A stretch of DNA of 64,000 nt. Origin: Candidatus Magasanikbacteria bacterium RIFOXYD1_FULL_40_23 (lineage in GTDB: Bacteria; Patescibacteriota; Patescibacteriia; Magasanikbacterales; GWA2-37-8). Position numbers and translations under genes: made by a program. The DNA lies in NCBI GenBank assembly GCA_001783215.1, contig MFRA01000008.1, positions 33,312-97,311 on the forward strand. Direction: 5' to 3'. This document shows, one piece after another, positions 9,585 to 19,171 of this stretch. Below the pieces are notes generated by a model. It did not search any database, was not told the origin of the DNA, and saw only the letters and a program-made list of their open reading frames with translations. Every line of letters begins with the position of its first letter. The first letter of the stretch is position 1.

Positions 9585-9812
9585 TCAAGCCATTCCCCAA
9601 GAGTATTTTTTCCGGCGCCAGACCAGCCAGATGGTGGTAATAATTACTCCGGAAATAACCCAGGATAATTTAAGGCTCGCGTCCTCGCTAATTTTGATAT
9701 ATTGGTTGCCCTGAACAAACAGGGCGACGAAAGGCCACAGCATGTAGCCCATCACGTAGCCAATAAATAGCACAAACTCTAGGTAGACAATTTTCCAGAT
9801 GGTTTGTTTCAT
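9585..9812 (-). CDS. small 2-TM membrane protein, higher GC, SD-bearing
   Basis: AGGAGA 6 nt upstream of ATG; GC visibly higher than flanks; hairpin downstream at 9485-9545. Confidence 0.4.
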   Translation of the reverse strand: MKQTIWKIVYLEFVLFIGYVMGYMLWPFVALFVQGNQYIKISEDASLKLSWVISGVIITTIWLVWRRKKYSWGMA

Positions 9813-9943
9813 TTTGTTTCTCCTGGCAGAGGTTACCTATATACAGGATATCTTTAATCCGGTTGTTGGTCAATCCAAACACTTGTTAATTTTGTTTTAC
9901 TTGGGTATACTACATCGAGTCTAATTTTATATATTTTTTTAAT

Positions 9944-10027
9944 CTATAGGTGGCTAAAGCCACATATATACTCATTCGTTCGCAATAAGTTAAATACATT
10001 TAATTTATTGGCTCATTCATTTCGCAT
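9944..10027 (+). repeat. leader-repeat family copy 1 (promoter/5' leader element abutting ATG of TerC gene)
   Basis: tataggtggctaaagccacatata + ctcattcgttcg + hairpin + ctcattcatttcgcat then ATG. Confidence 0.7.
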
Positions 10028-10948
10028 ATGGACGCTCAAACAGCCCTTTGGATTGTATTCGGAGTTGTAATTGCAGGGTTTTTAGCTTTGGATTTGGGCT
10101 ATTTTAATCGCCAAGTTCATAAAGTTGAATTAAAATCCGCCGTTAATCAGTCTTTGTTTTGGGTTGCAATTTCTCTTGGGTTTGGTTTTTTGATATTTTT
10201 ATTTTTGAGCAAAGAATTGGCCGCAGAATTCCTTAGCGCGTATGTAACAGAAAAGATGCTTTCGGTAGACAATCTGTTTGTTATCATGCTTATCTTTAGT
10301 TACTTTAAGCTAGAAGAAAAGTATCATCACCGTGTGTTGTTTTGGGGTATTATGGGGGCGATAGTTTTCCGTGCCATATTTATTGGCTTTGGTTCCATTA
10401 TCATTAGTCAGTTTCATTGGGTGTTGTATATATTTGGTGCCCTGCTTCTTTATACAGGTATCAAGCTTTTGCGCGACAAAAAAGAAGAGCATGTTGATTT
10501 TGAAAAAAATCATATTATTAGATTGGCGCGAAGATTTTTGCCATTTTCTCCAAATCACCATGGTGGTAGGTTTTTTGTTAAGGAAGGCGGCAAAGTAGTT
10601 CTAACATCTCTGTTCTTAATCATGTTATTAGTAGAAGGTACAGATATTATCTTTGCTGTAGATTCTATCCCGGCCGTATTTGCTATTTCTCAAAATCCAT
10701 TTATAGTTTTTACTTCTAATATATTTGCTATCATGGGTCTTCGTGCTTTGTTCTTCCTTATCGAAAGTGTGTTGCACAAGTTCCACCATTTACAAAAGGG
10801 TCTAGCCTTTATCCTTCTCTTTATTGGTCTCAAGATGATATCAGGTATATTTGATTTTCATCTTTCTTCCATTATATCTTTTGGTATAATCATGTTTGCC
10901 CTGGCTTCGTCTATTGTTTTATCTATTATTTTTCCTAAAAAAATTTAA
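10028..10948 (+). CDS. TerC family integral membrane protein
   Basis: SVDNLFV motif and TerC-like helices. Confidence 0.75.
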   Translation: MDAQTALWIVFGVVIAGFLALDLGYFNRQVHKVELKSAVNQSLFWVAISLGFGFLIFLFLSKELAAEFLSAYVTEKMLSVDNLFVIMLIFSYFKLEEKYHHRVLFWGIMGAIVFRAIFIGFGSIIISQFHWVLYIFGALLLYTGIKLLRDKKEEHVDFEKNHIIRLARRFLPFSPNHHGGRFFVKEGGKVVLTSLFLIMLLVEGTDIIFAVDSIPAVFAISQNPFIVFTSNIFAIMGLRALFFLIESVLHKFHHLQKGLAFILLFIGLKMISGIFDFHLSSIISFGIIMFALASSIVLSIIFPKKI

Positions 10949-10965
10949 ACTGGGGATTATAATTA

Positions 10966-11442
10966 ATGCATATGTTATTTAAAAAAGCATATCGTTTCGG
11001 TGACAAGCTAGAAGACAAGGTTCGTGGCAAGCTTAGCCATTTTCCTATCATTTATGCGTTCTTCGGTGGGGCTGGTGTAATTATTTTTTGGCGTGGAATT
11101 TGGCATACTGTGGATTATGTCATGGAATACTTTTTTGCCACCCAAGATATTGCTTCAGCTCAAAATATGCCGCATATGGTTTGGTGGGACGGTCCGTTAT
11201 CCATTATGGTAGGGGCGGTTATCTTGTTACTAAGCGGGTTGTTTGTTACTAGCTTTATTGGTAATGAGATTATAATCTCTGGGTTAAAAGGCGAAAAGAA
11301 AATAGCAGAGAAAACAGAAGAGGATATAAAAGTTGATTTAGAGGAGAGCATAAAGATGAAGCAGGAAATGCATGCAATTGATAAAAGATTAGATAGAATA
11401 GAGTCTTTATTAGAAAAAGATAGGCCTAGCAAAGGTGTTTAA
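10966..11442 (+). CDS. hypothetical membrane protein with charged coiled-coil tail
   Basis: ORF with 2-3 TM helices. Confidence 0.45.
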   Translation: MHMLFKKAYRFGDKLEDKVRGKLSHFPIIYAFFGGAGVIIFWRGIWHTVDYVMEYFFATQDIASAQNMPHMVWWDGPLSIMVGAVILLLSGLFVTSFIGNEIIISGLKGEKKIAEKTEEDIKVDLEESIKMKQEMHAIDKRLDRIESLLEKDRPSKGV

Positions 11443-11539
11443 CGGCTAACGTTAGGGCAAACGAGCTTTGCACTATTGACTTTTATTGAAAAATAGAGTA
11501 TACTATTCATAGTTAGTTTAACAAATTAACCTAAATTAT

Positions 11540-11740
11540 ATGCCAGAGAATGCTGGATATAACCCAGACAATGACGCAAAAGCAAAAGCTGCTTTAGAGC
11601 AGGCAGAAAGTCTAGTCGCTCAAGAAGAAGCAGAAAGAGCTAAAGCTCAAGAAACCGGGGATCAAAAGTTAGATTTAGATGATAGTGATCTTGATGGACT
11701 CCTTGAAGGATTCGGTGATGATAAGGGAGAAGATGAGTAG
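11540..11740 (+). CDS. small acidic hypothetical protein
   Basis: 66-aa ORF preceded by near-consensus promoter TTGACT-17-TATACT. Confidence 0.35.
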   Translation: MPENAGYNPDNDAKAKAALEQAESLVAQEEAERAKAQETGDQKLDLDDSDLDGLLEGFGDDKGEDE

Positions 11741-11820
11741 AGCGTTTTAAAAAATAATCACAGGTGGAAAAGTAGTCGATTTCTAGCCGGCGATCAATTT
11801 ATTCACGTATACCAAAAAAT

Positions 11821-12024
11821 ATGACAGGTACAATCAAAAGCCTTATCGTAGAAAAGAATTTTGGATTCATTACTCCTGAAGATGGTTCGAAAGATATTTT
11901 CTTTCACGCATCTGCTTTGAGTGATGGTCTACAATTTTCTGATTTACAAAAAGGAGACAAAGTTTCCTTTGATGTAGAAGAGTCAGAAAAAGGACCTCGC
12001 GCTGCTAATGTAGTTCGCGCTTAA
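11821..12024 (+). CDS. cspA: cold-shock domain protein
   Basis: KNFGFITPEDGSKDIFFH RNP motifs. Confidence 0.85.
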   Translation: MTGTIKSLIVEKNFGFITPEDGSKDIFFHASALSDGLQFSDLQKGDKVSFDVEESEKGPRAANVVRA

Positions 12025-12045
12025 TACCCTTTGACTTACAAAGCA

Positions 12046-12076
12046 AAAATCCACCTTTCGGGGTGGTTTTTTGTTT
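12046..12076 (+). terminator. rho-independent terminator after csp
   Basis: ccacctttcggggtgg hairpin + T-run. Confidence 0.6.
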
Positions 12077-12149
12077 TTCTCTTTCGAGCTAGAAAAACAT
12101 GTCTGGACGAGTTGTAGCGAGCAAAGGCGATTCTTTTCCTATGTAGTTT

Positions 12150-12950
12150 TTATGACTTTTTATTTATGGCTAAACTAATTACAAATAGTATCAAGGCCGA
12201 CATAACTATAGTTGCCCCGGTGGGTAGGTTTAAGTAGAAGGAAGCAAATAATCCGGTGGTGACCGATAGTATAGATATGCCAACACTATAAAAAAATGTT
12301 TTGAGAAAACTCTTTCCAAATTGAGTGGCTGCCAAAACTGGAATTACCATGAGTGCGCCCACAAGCAGTGCGCCCACTATTCGCATGCTAATAGATATTG
12401 TAACTGCTGCCAGTATCATTAGGGTTAAGTTTAAAAATTTTATAGGCAAGCCATTAGCTTGAGCTAGCTCTTCGTCGTAGGCGGTAATAAAAAATCTTTT
12501 AAACAATGTGTAGATAATTATAATTATAACAAAACCAAATCCGCCCATTAGGCGTAAATCGCCGGCAGATACGGTGGTGATGCTTCCAAACAGATAAGTA
12601 AATATATTTACATTCAAACCTCTACTTAAACCAAAGATAATTAAAGATAAGGCCAATCCGCCGGATAAAAATAATGTAAGAATAGATTCTCCAAATATTT
12701 TTTTGGCATGCCTTAGTTTTTCCATGCCGAGGGCGGCTACAACAGATACGCCGATGGCTGTGATAATAGGGTTTATACCTGCCAACAATCCCAGAGCCAC
12801 GCCAACTAGCGATACATGAGATAGGGTGTCTGTAAGTAGAGAGTATCTTTTTACTACCAAAAAAATACCAATAGATGGCGCTAGTATAGATATAATAAAG
12901 CCGGCTACAAAAGCCCGGAGCATGAAATCGTATTGGAAAATTTCTAACAT
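12150..12950 (-). CDS. znuB: zinc/manganese ABC transporter permease
   Basis: ABC-3 family permease topology and length. Confidence 0.8.
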   Translation of the reverse strand: MLEIFQYDFMLRAFVAGFIISILAPSIGIFLVVKRYSLLTDTLSHVSLVGVALGLLAGINPIITAIGVSVVAALGMEKLRHAKKIFGESILTLFLSGGLALSLIIFGLSRGLNVNIFTYLFGSITTVSAGDLRLMGGFGFVIIIIIYTLFKRFFITAYDEELAQANGLPIKFLNLTLMILAAVTISISMRIVGALLVGALMVIPVLAATQFGKSFLKTFFYSVGISILSVTTGLFASFYLNLPTGATIVMSALILFVISLAINKKS

Positions 12951-12951
12951 A

Positions 12952-13704
12952 TTATTTGCCGTGATGGATATGAGTTACGTTTTTTCCATAAAGTTCCTCG
13001 ATCGTATTGCCTTCATGCATAAGTTCTTTGGCACCATAACAAAACAAACCGCGGTTTAGGCACAGCACGGTTTTTATTTCTGTAGTAATAGTATCTATAT
13101 CGTGTGATACAAATAGAATGGTAAGGTGGTTTTTGGTGTTTAGATCTTTGAGGAAAGAATAAAAATCTTTTTGGGACACGATATCTACGCCTGTAAACGG
13201 TTCGTCTAAGATTAGTATTTTTGGGTCGCTAGCCAGAGCTCGGGTTACATAAACCCGCTGTCTTTGTCCGCCAGACAGACTGCTCATTAGTCTGTTTTTT
13301 AGGTTGCTAATGTTAGCCATCTCTAGTGCTTTGTCTATGGCCTGTTTATCTTCTTCGGTTATATCTCCGCTCAGCCCCTTTTTGGCTATTAGGCCACTTT
13401 CTACAATCTCGTAGACCGTAGCTGGGAAGGAAATATTTTCTTGAGCTATGCGTTGAGGTACATAACCAATCTCTGAACGATGTTTTAGTTTTTGCAGGTC
13501 TGTGCCAAAAATTTTGATAGAGCCTGATTGGGGGTTTAGTAGCCCAACCAAGATTTTGAGCAAAGTAGTTTTACCTCCGCCATTGGGACCGATAATGCCT
13601 ACGTAGTCTCCTTTTTGTACGGCAAAAGAAATATTTTCTAGAACAGAAATATTGTTGTAAGAAAAATTTAGATTGTTTACTTCAATAACAGGTTCTACGG
13701 ACAT
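12952..13704 (-). CDS. znuC: zinc/manganese ABC transporter ATP-binding protein
   Basis: Walker A GPNGGGKTT, signature LSGGQRQR, Walker B ILILDEP. Confidence 0.85.
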   Translation of the reverse strand: MSVEPVIEVNNLNFSYNNISVLENISFAVQKGDYVGIIGPNGGGKTTLLKILVGLLNPQSGSIKIFGTDLQKLKHRSEIGYVPQRIAQENISFPATVYEIVESGLIAKKGLSGDITEEDKQAIDKALEMANISNLKNRLMSSLSGGQRQRVYVTRALASDPKILILDEPFTGVDIVSQKDFYSFLKDLNTKNHLTILFVSHDIDTITTEIKTVLCLNRGLFCYGAKELMHEGNTIEELYGKNVTHIHHGK

Positions 13705-14624
13705 ACCAAGGCAGTTTTTAGGTTTTGTAAATTATTTCTCATTACACTTATATAGTTTTGACCATTTTGAATTTCTTCCTTTGTTAATCCTTCTATTGGG
13801 TTCAATACAAGAGTTTGCGCACCAATTTCGTTGGCAATGGTTTGTGATAGTTTTTGATCCACTACTGTTTCAAAAAATATATATTTTATATTTTTTTCTC
13901 TGGCCAGATTGGATATAGCTGCTATTTGTTTAGGAGAAGGTTCTTCTTCTGGCGATAGTCCTAAAATATGAAAGGTAGTTAGGCCATAATGATTAGCCAG
14001 ATAAGCAAAAGCGTCGTGGGTAGTAATAATTTCGCGTGATTTACAGTTTGTTAAACCAAGTTTAATTTCTTGGTCTAGTTGTAAAAGTTTTATTTTGAAT
14101 GTATCTCTATTTTGATTATACTCTTTTGTGTGAGCGCTATCAATTTTTATTAGGGCGTCGGCGACAATGTCTGCCTCTTTGGCGGCATTAGTTGGGTCAA
14201 GCCAGAAATGAGGATCGTATTGTTCGTCGGGTGAGCTCGGATTGTTAATTTTCAAGTTTCCAAGATGGTCGCTCATTTTTATGGTAGCTACGTTGTTGGC
14301 TGTTAATTCGGGTATAATTTTTTCTGCCCAAGCGTCTACACCTTGGCCGTTTAATATAAATAAATCCGCAGTATAAATTTGAGCCATATCTCTGGGAGTT
14401 GGTTCAAACTCGTGCGGTTCGGCGCCTGGGGGAGTGATGTTAATAACGTTTACATGTTCTCCACCAATATTTTGAGCAAAATCCGCCAATGGATAAAAAC
14501 TAGCAACAATGTTTATTTTGTTTGTGGTGTTGTTTGCGGTAGGCGAAGGTTGTCGGCTAATAGCAACAAAAACAGCGATAGTCACAATTAGAGCGGGGAT
14601 AGCTAGTAAGTATTTATTTTTCAT
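13695..14624 (-). CDS. znuA: metal (zinc) ABC transporter substrate-binding protein, TroA/ZnuA-like
   Basis: Signal peptide, DPHFWLDP and HDAFAYL motifs; ATG at 14622-14624 preferred over TTG at 14630. Confidence 0.8.
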   Translation of the reverse strand: MKNKYLLAIPALIVTIAVFVAISRQPSPTANNTTNKINIVASFYPLADFAQNIGGEHVNVINITPPGAEPHEFEPTPRDMAQIYTADLFILNGQGVDAWAEKIIPELTANNVATIKMSDHLGNLKINNPSSPDEQYDPHFWLDPTNAAKEADIVADALIKIDSAHTKEYNQNRDTFKIKLLQLDQEIKLGLTNCKSREIITTHDAFAYLANHYGLTTFHILGLSPEEEPSPKQIAAISNLAREKNIKYIFFETVVDQKLSQTIANEIGAQTLVLNPIEGLTKEEIQNGQNYISVMRNNLQNLKTALVCP

Positions 14625-14706
14625 AATCAAAATGAGTGAGTGAAATAATCAAAATATTTTGATTATTTATGAACGAATGAGATTATATGGACTTTAGCCC
14701 ATATAC
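14625..14706 (-). repeat. leader-repeat family copy 2 (abuts znuA start, reverse orientation)
   Basis: revcomp reads tatgtatatgggctaaagtccatataatc...aaataatcaaaatattttgattattt...ctcactcattttgatt then ATG. Confidence 0.7.
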
Positions 14707-14794
14707 ATAGAATTATGTAAGATTAACTATTATTATACTAGCACAGGTTTTAAATACTTGCAAGTAAGTTGCATTTATGATATAGTCTGGTTGT

Positions 14795-15238
14795 ATGCAA
14801 TGTATTGAACACTCAACTCAATCAAAGGCTGTTTTGCAAGAAGGAAAGCTCAGGGCTACTTCCGCGCGTTTGGCATTGTTAGAGATTTTTAGACATACCC
14901 AAAAACCAATCAGTGTGGGTGATCTTTTTGTGATGCTAAAAAAATTAGGAGTAGACAAGGTTACCCTATATAGAAACGTAGAATCCCTAGAAAAATTGGG
15001 GATAATTAGACAAGTAAGATTAAAGGACAGGCAGGCGTATTATGAGCTTGCTAACCATGGACACCATCATCATGTGGTCTGTACTAGTTGTGGCAAGATA
15101 AAAGACATGTCTGGTTGTGGTATAAATATTGTGAATAAGCGTTTTTTAAAAGTCTCAGGATTTACCAAAATCACCGAACACTCATTGGAGTTTTTTGGTG
15201 TTTGTTCTTCCTGTGCAATTAGCGAGAGTAAAAAATAG
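14795..15238 (+). CDS. zur: Fur-family metalloregulator, probably Zur
   Basis: Fur-like wHTH, HGHHHH and CTSCG metal sites; divergent from znuACB. Confidence 0.75.
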   Translation: MQCIEHSTQSKAVLQEGKLRATSARLALLEIFRHTQKPISVGDLFVMLKKLGVDKVTLYRNVESLEKLGIIRQVRLKDRQAYYELANHGHHHHVVCTSCGKIKDMSGCGINIVNKRFLKVSGFTKITEHSLEFFGVCSSCAISESKK

Positions 15239-15263
15239 GTTAGCTACGTATTGTTTGTGGGCT

Positions 15264-15590
15264 TTATCCGAAGACCAAGACTTTGTCGCTATCTTCTACC
15301 ATTTTTAGTAAGCCTGTCATGGTAGAAACAGGGCATACATTGGATTCTTTTTTGCCACGAATTTCTAAGCAAGTGCCGCAAGCGTATAAATCTCCTTGTA
15401 GTTTTTTGTATTCCACAATTTTATTAGAAATATCAAAATGTTCAGTGTCCGTAATAGTATCAAGCTCAGATCCTTCGCTCATTAAAAAGATTGTGACAGA
15501 ATGGTTGGCTTTGAGTGATGTGATGCCAAAGCGAAAGGTATTCCATATATGTTCGGGGTTATTTGATTGCAATATGATACCAATTTTCAT
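15264..15590 (-). CDS. DsrE/DsrF-like family protein
   Basis: 108-aa alpha/beta protein with conserved Cys (CGTC). Confidence 0.5.
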   Translation of the reverse strand: MKIGIILQSNNPEHIWNTFRFGITSLKANHSVTIFLMSEGSELDTITDTEHFDISNKIVEYKKLQGDLYACGTCLEIRGKKESNVCPVSTMTGLLKMVEDSDKVLVFG

Positions 15591-15621
15591 AGATTATTAG
15601 CTTGTTAATTAGTAAGATTAT

Positions 15622-16209
15622 TTATTTTAAGTTGTCTGTGGGTGTGTTAGTATTATTTTTTGTAAAAAATAATTTTATAAAATATATTACGCCGACAAAA
15701 ATTAAGAATATGACAATAGAGTATAAAGCGATGTTCGGAGATGGGGCGGGTGGGCTAGAGATATCTCTCTCTATTTTAATGTCATACGATATAGAAAAGT
15801 TTTTAAAGCCATCCATACTTTTTGGCTCCCCGGTAAGTTTTACGGTATAAGTTCCTTTATGAGGGAAGGTGTAGGGGATTGCCGGGGCAAAAATACCTCG
15901 GTAGGATGTTTTGCCTGTAGCGAGCGGAGAAGAAAAAACGGTTTCGCCGTTGTCTATAACAGATGCTGTGCAATTACAATCTTCTGCTTTAAACCTTTTT
16001 TCTGTATCATTAATCAAAAAAAGTATTTCGGACGGTTGTCCGGCTACGGGTTTCTCATCCGGATTTATATGAATAAGAGCACTTATTGTGCCCTCTGCTT
16101 TTAGTTCATGCGCCAAAACTTTTGGAGTGGGAAAGTGTGCGCTAGATCCAAACAGTATAATAATGTTGGTAAGTAGAAATCTTGTGAGAAAGGTTGAAAA
16201 TATTTTCAT
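15622..16209 (-). CDS. exported protein with C-terminal membrane anchor, possible metal-binding
   Basis: Signal peptide, His-rich start of mature part (AHFPTP..AHEL), C-terminal TM; in zur neighbourhood. Confidence 0.45.
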   Translation of the reverse strand: MKIFSTFLTRFLLTNIIILFGSSAHFPTPKVLAHELKAEGTISALIHINPDEKPVAGQPSEILFLINDTEKRFKAEDCNCTASVIDNGETVFSSPLATGKTSYRGIFAPAIPYTFPHKGTYTVKLTGEPKSMDGFKNFSISYDIKIERDISSPPAPSPNIALYSIVIFLIFVGVIYFIKLFFTKNNTNTPTDNLK

Positions 16210-16290
16210 ATACGAAATGAGAGAGCGAAATAATGAGCTTGCTCAATTATTTCCGAGCGAATGAGTATATATGCGGCTTTAGCCCCTATA
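16210..16290 (-). repeat. leader-repeat family copy 3 (abuts start of 15622..16209)
   Basis: revcomp: actataggggctaaagccgcatatatactcattcgctcgg + hairpin + ctctctcatttcgtat then ATG. Confidence 0.7.
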
Positions 16291-16418
16291 GTATTGTAAA
16301 ATATACTACATATTGTAGTAGGCTGCACTATAGTTGTCAAAGTTTTTTATCCCCAGTAAGCGTACTATTTGCAATATCGTGTTGAAAAGTTTGAAGCTTA
16401 ATGATAAAATAAATTTGT

Positions 16419-16871
16419 ATGAAAAAAATACTCTTTTCTTTGTTTACAATTTTTGTCTTTGCTTTTTATGTTGTCTATCAACGTTTTACTTGGGATTCTT
16501 CGGGAATAAAATTGCGACCGCCGATGATGAATCAAAGCTATGGCGGTAGTACACAAATTCCTGCTATGGGTATGGGAATGATGCGCGGTTATCGCGATGG
16601 AAAATACCTAGGTGTTAGTGCAGATGCCTACTATGGCCGTGTGCAAGTTGCCGCTATTATAGAAGGTGGTTATATTATCCACATTCAATTTTTGGATTTT
16701 CCACAAGAACAAGACACTTCTAAAGCTATAAACGGTATGGCGGTGCCTATTCTGGAGCAAGAAGCCATAGCCGCTCAAAGTGCTGAAGTAGATATAGTAT
16801 CTGGGGCTACTCAGACTAGCAAAGCATTTAAGCAGTCGCTCGCTTCGGCCTTGATTCAAGCGAAACTATAA
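16419..16871 (+). CDS. FMN-binding domain protein, predicted flavinylation target (DIVSGATQTS)
   Basis: Signal/TM then FMN_bind-type domain with Dxx(S/T)GAT ApbE motif. Confidence 0.65.
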   Translation: MKKILFSLFTIFVFAFYVVYQRFTWDSSGIKLRPPMMNQSYGGSTQIPAMGMGMMRGYRDGKYLGVSADAYYGRVQVAAIIEGGYIIHIQFLDFPQEQDTSKAINGMAVPILEQEAIAAQSAEVDIVSGATQTSKAFKQSLASALIQAKL

Positions 16872-16875
16872 TTTC

Positions 16876-17622
16876 ATGTTGCAGACTAGATTATTAATGG
16901 GCATGCCAATAACTGTAGAGATAGTGGATGTTGGTGTGGAAGAAAGATTTTTTGATGAGGTATTTTCTTATTTTGATTATGTAGATAAAAAATTTAGTAC
17001 ATACAAAGACAATAGCGAGATAAGCAAGATAAATAGAAAAGAAATACAGGAAGTTGATTTTAGTCCGGACATGAAACAGGTTTTTCAATTGTCTGAAGAA
17101 ACAAAAAAAATAACCAAAGGATACTTTGATATAAAATCCAAAGACGGGCAGTATGATCCATCTGGTTTGGTAAAGGGTTGGGCAATACACAACGCAGCGC
17201 AAATTTTAATTAGGCACGGTTTTGTAAATTTTTATGTAGAAGCGGGTGGTGATATACAGGCCCATGGCAAAAATAGCCACGGCGAAAACTGGAGAGTCGG
17301 CATACGCAATCCTTTAAATCAAGAAGAGATAATAAAAGTAATTGGATTAAGCGGAAATGGTATTGCTACTTCCGGCACATATGTGCGAGGGCAGCATATC
17401 TATAATCCGCATGATATAGAAAATAAAATTTTAGATATTTTAAGCCTTACGGTTATTGGCAAAAATGTATACGAAGCGGATCGGTTTGCTACAGCGGCGT
17501 TTGCGATGGGTAAAGATGGTATATATTTTATAGAAGAGTTTCCGGGGTTAGAGGGTTATATGGTAGATAAAAACGGAATTGCTACCATGACTACCGGTTT
17601 TAAAAATAACGTATTGGAATAA
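16876..17622 (+). CDS. apbE: FAD:protein FMN transferase ApbE
   Basis: ApbE-like length and conserved segments. Confidence 0.75.
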   Translation: MLQTRLLMGMPITVEIVDVGVEERFFDEVFSYFDYVDKKFSTYKDNSEISKINRKEIQEVDFSPDMKQVFQLSEETKKITKGYFDIKSKDGQYDPSGLVKGWAIHNAAQILIRHGFVNFYVEAGGDIQAHGKNSHGENWRVGIRNPLNQEEIIKVIGLSGNGIATSGTYVRGQHIYNPHDIENKILDILSLTVIGKNVYEADRFATAAFAMGKDGIYFIEEFPGLEGYMVDKNGIATMTTGFKNNVLE

Positions 17623-17626
17623 TATT

Positions 17627-19141
17627 ATGTTAAAAATTATAGATAATTGGCTTAATCAAATAACAATGTACAGGCTTATACTTTATTATGTATCGGGTCT
17701 TTGGTTTGTGGCGCTTGTATTAAGTATTTTTAAATTGCTTCCATACACCCCTGTAGAGTTTGTGGTATCCGCTGGTTTTATTATGGGTATTTGTTTGGTG
17801 GCCAATACCGTGTTTGCGCGCGTGTTTGGCGCGCCAGCTAACACAGAATCTGTTTATGCCACCGCCCTTATTTTGATTCTTATCGTTTCACCTACGAAAT
17901 CCACCAGTCTCCTGCCGTTTTTGGGTTGGGTTGCTTTTTGGTCTATGGCTTCCAAATATATTTTGGCCATAAACAAAAAACACATTTTTAATCCGGCGGC
18001 TTTTGCTGTGGCGCTTATGGCGCTTACCATAAATAGGTCAGCCAATTGGTGGGTGAGCAGCATTTATTTATTGCCATTTGTTTTGGTGGGTGGTCTGCTT
18101 ATGGTGCGAAAAATCAGAAGATTTGACATGGTTTTGAGTTTTTTTGGCGCAGCTCTATTATCTATAGTCGGTCTTAATGTTTTAAAGGGCAACAATCCAT
18201 TATTTGTTTTGGAAAAAATATTATTCTATTCTCCAATTTTATTTTTTGGTTTTGCTATGCTTACCGAGCCTATGGCAACCCCTCCTACCAGAAAGCTTCG
18301 CATGCTTTATGGGGCGCTAATTGGATTTTTGTTTAATCCAGTGGCGCATATCGGTTCGTTTTATTTTACTCCGGAAATTGTTCTGCTTACGGGTAATATT
18401 TTTTCTTACATTGTTAGTCCAAAAGAAAAATGGGTTTTGCAACTTAAAGAAAAAGTGTTGTCTGCTGCCAGTGTGTACGATTTTTGGTTTAAAACAGATA
18501 AAAAATTAAACTTTAAACCGGGGCAGTATATGGAATGGACTTTGGGGCACGAGTCCCAAGACGTTAGAGGTATGAGACGATATCTAACTATTGCTTCTTC
18601 TCCTACCGAAGAGGGGCTAATGATTGGTGTTAAATTTTATCCAAATTCAAGCAGTTTTAAACAATCAATGCTGTTTTTAAATGAGGGTGACCAGATAATT
18701 GTTTCTCAGTTAGCCGGAGAGTTTGTAATGCCAAAAGATACTTCTAAAAAACTTGTTTTTATCGCCGGCGGCATTGGCATTACGCCGTTTAGAAGCATGA
18801 TAAAATATATGCTAGATAAAAATGAAAAAAGAGATGTTATTTTACTGTATTCAAATAGAGCGCCTAGCGACATTGCTTACAAAGATATTTTTGATCAAGC
18901 CGAAAAGAAACTGGGGATGAAAACTATATATACAGTTACAGATCAGCCATGCCCGAAAGATTGGACGGGTGAGAACTGTTTTATTGATGAGATGATGATA
19001 AAAAAAGCAGCGCCGGATTACAAAGAAAGAATTTTTTATATTTCCGGAACTCATGCAATGGTAGTTGCGTTTGTGGAAGTTTTGCAAAAAATGGGTGTAC
19101 CAAAAAGAAATATCGTTCAAGATTTTTTCCCAGGTTTTTAG
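17627..19141 (+). CDS. membrane oxidoreductase: about 8-TM N-domain fused to ferredoxin-NADP-reductase-type FAD/NAD(P) module
   Basis: RRYLTIAS (RxYS FAD motif), GGIGITPF NAD-binding; N-domain has MLTEPMATP reminiscent of NqrB/RnfD. Confidence 0.65.
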   Translation: MLKIIDNWLNQITMYRLILYYVSGLWFVALVLSIFKLLPYTPVEFVVSAGFIMGICLVANTVFARVFGAPANTESVYATALILILIVSPTKSTSLLPFLGWVAFWSMASKYILAINKKHIFNPAAFAVALMALTINRSANWWVSSIYLLPFVLVGGLLMVRKIRRFDMVLSFFGAALLSIVGLNVLKGNNPLFVLEKILFYSPILFFGFAMLTEPMATPPTRKLRMLYGALIGFLFNPVAHIGSFYFTPEIVLLTGNIFSYIVSPKEKWVLQLKEKVLSAASVYDFWFKTDKKLNFKPGQYMEWTLGHESQDVRGMRRYLTIASSPTEEGLMIGVKFYPNSSSFKQSMLFLNEGDQIIVSQLAGEFVMPKDTSKKLVFIAGGIGITPFRSMIKYMLDKNEKRDVILLYSNRAPSDIAYKDIFDQAEKKLGMKTIYTVTDQPCPKDWTGENCFIDEMMIKKAAPDYKERIFYISGTHAMVVAFVEVLQKMGVPKRNIVQDFFPGF

Positions 19142-19171
19142 GTAGATGTTTTCAAATTGTAAAGTTAGTAA

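Noticed and set aside
14625-14706. Leader-repeat hairpin as a dedicated Zur/Fur box
   Set aside because: The same element precedes mreB, TerC and lipoprotein genes unrelated to metal homeostasis. A general leader/promoter role is more parsimonious.
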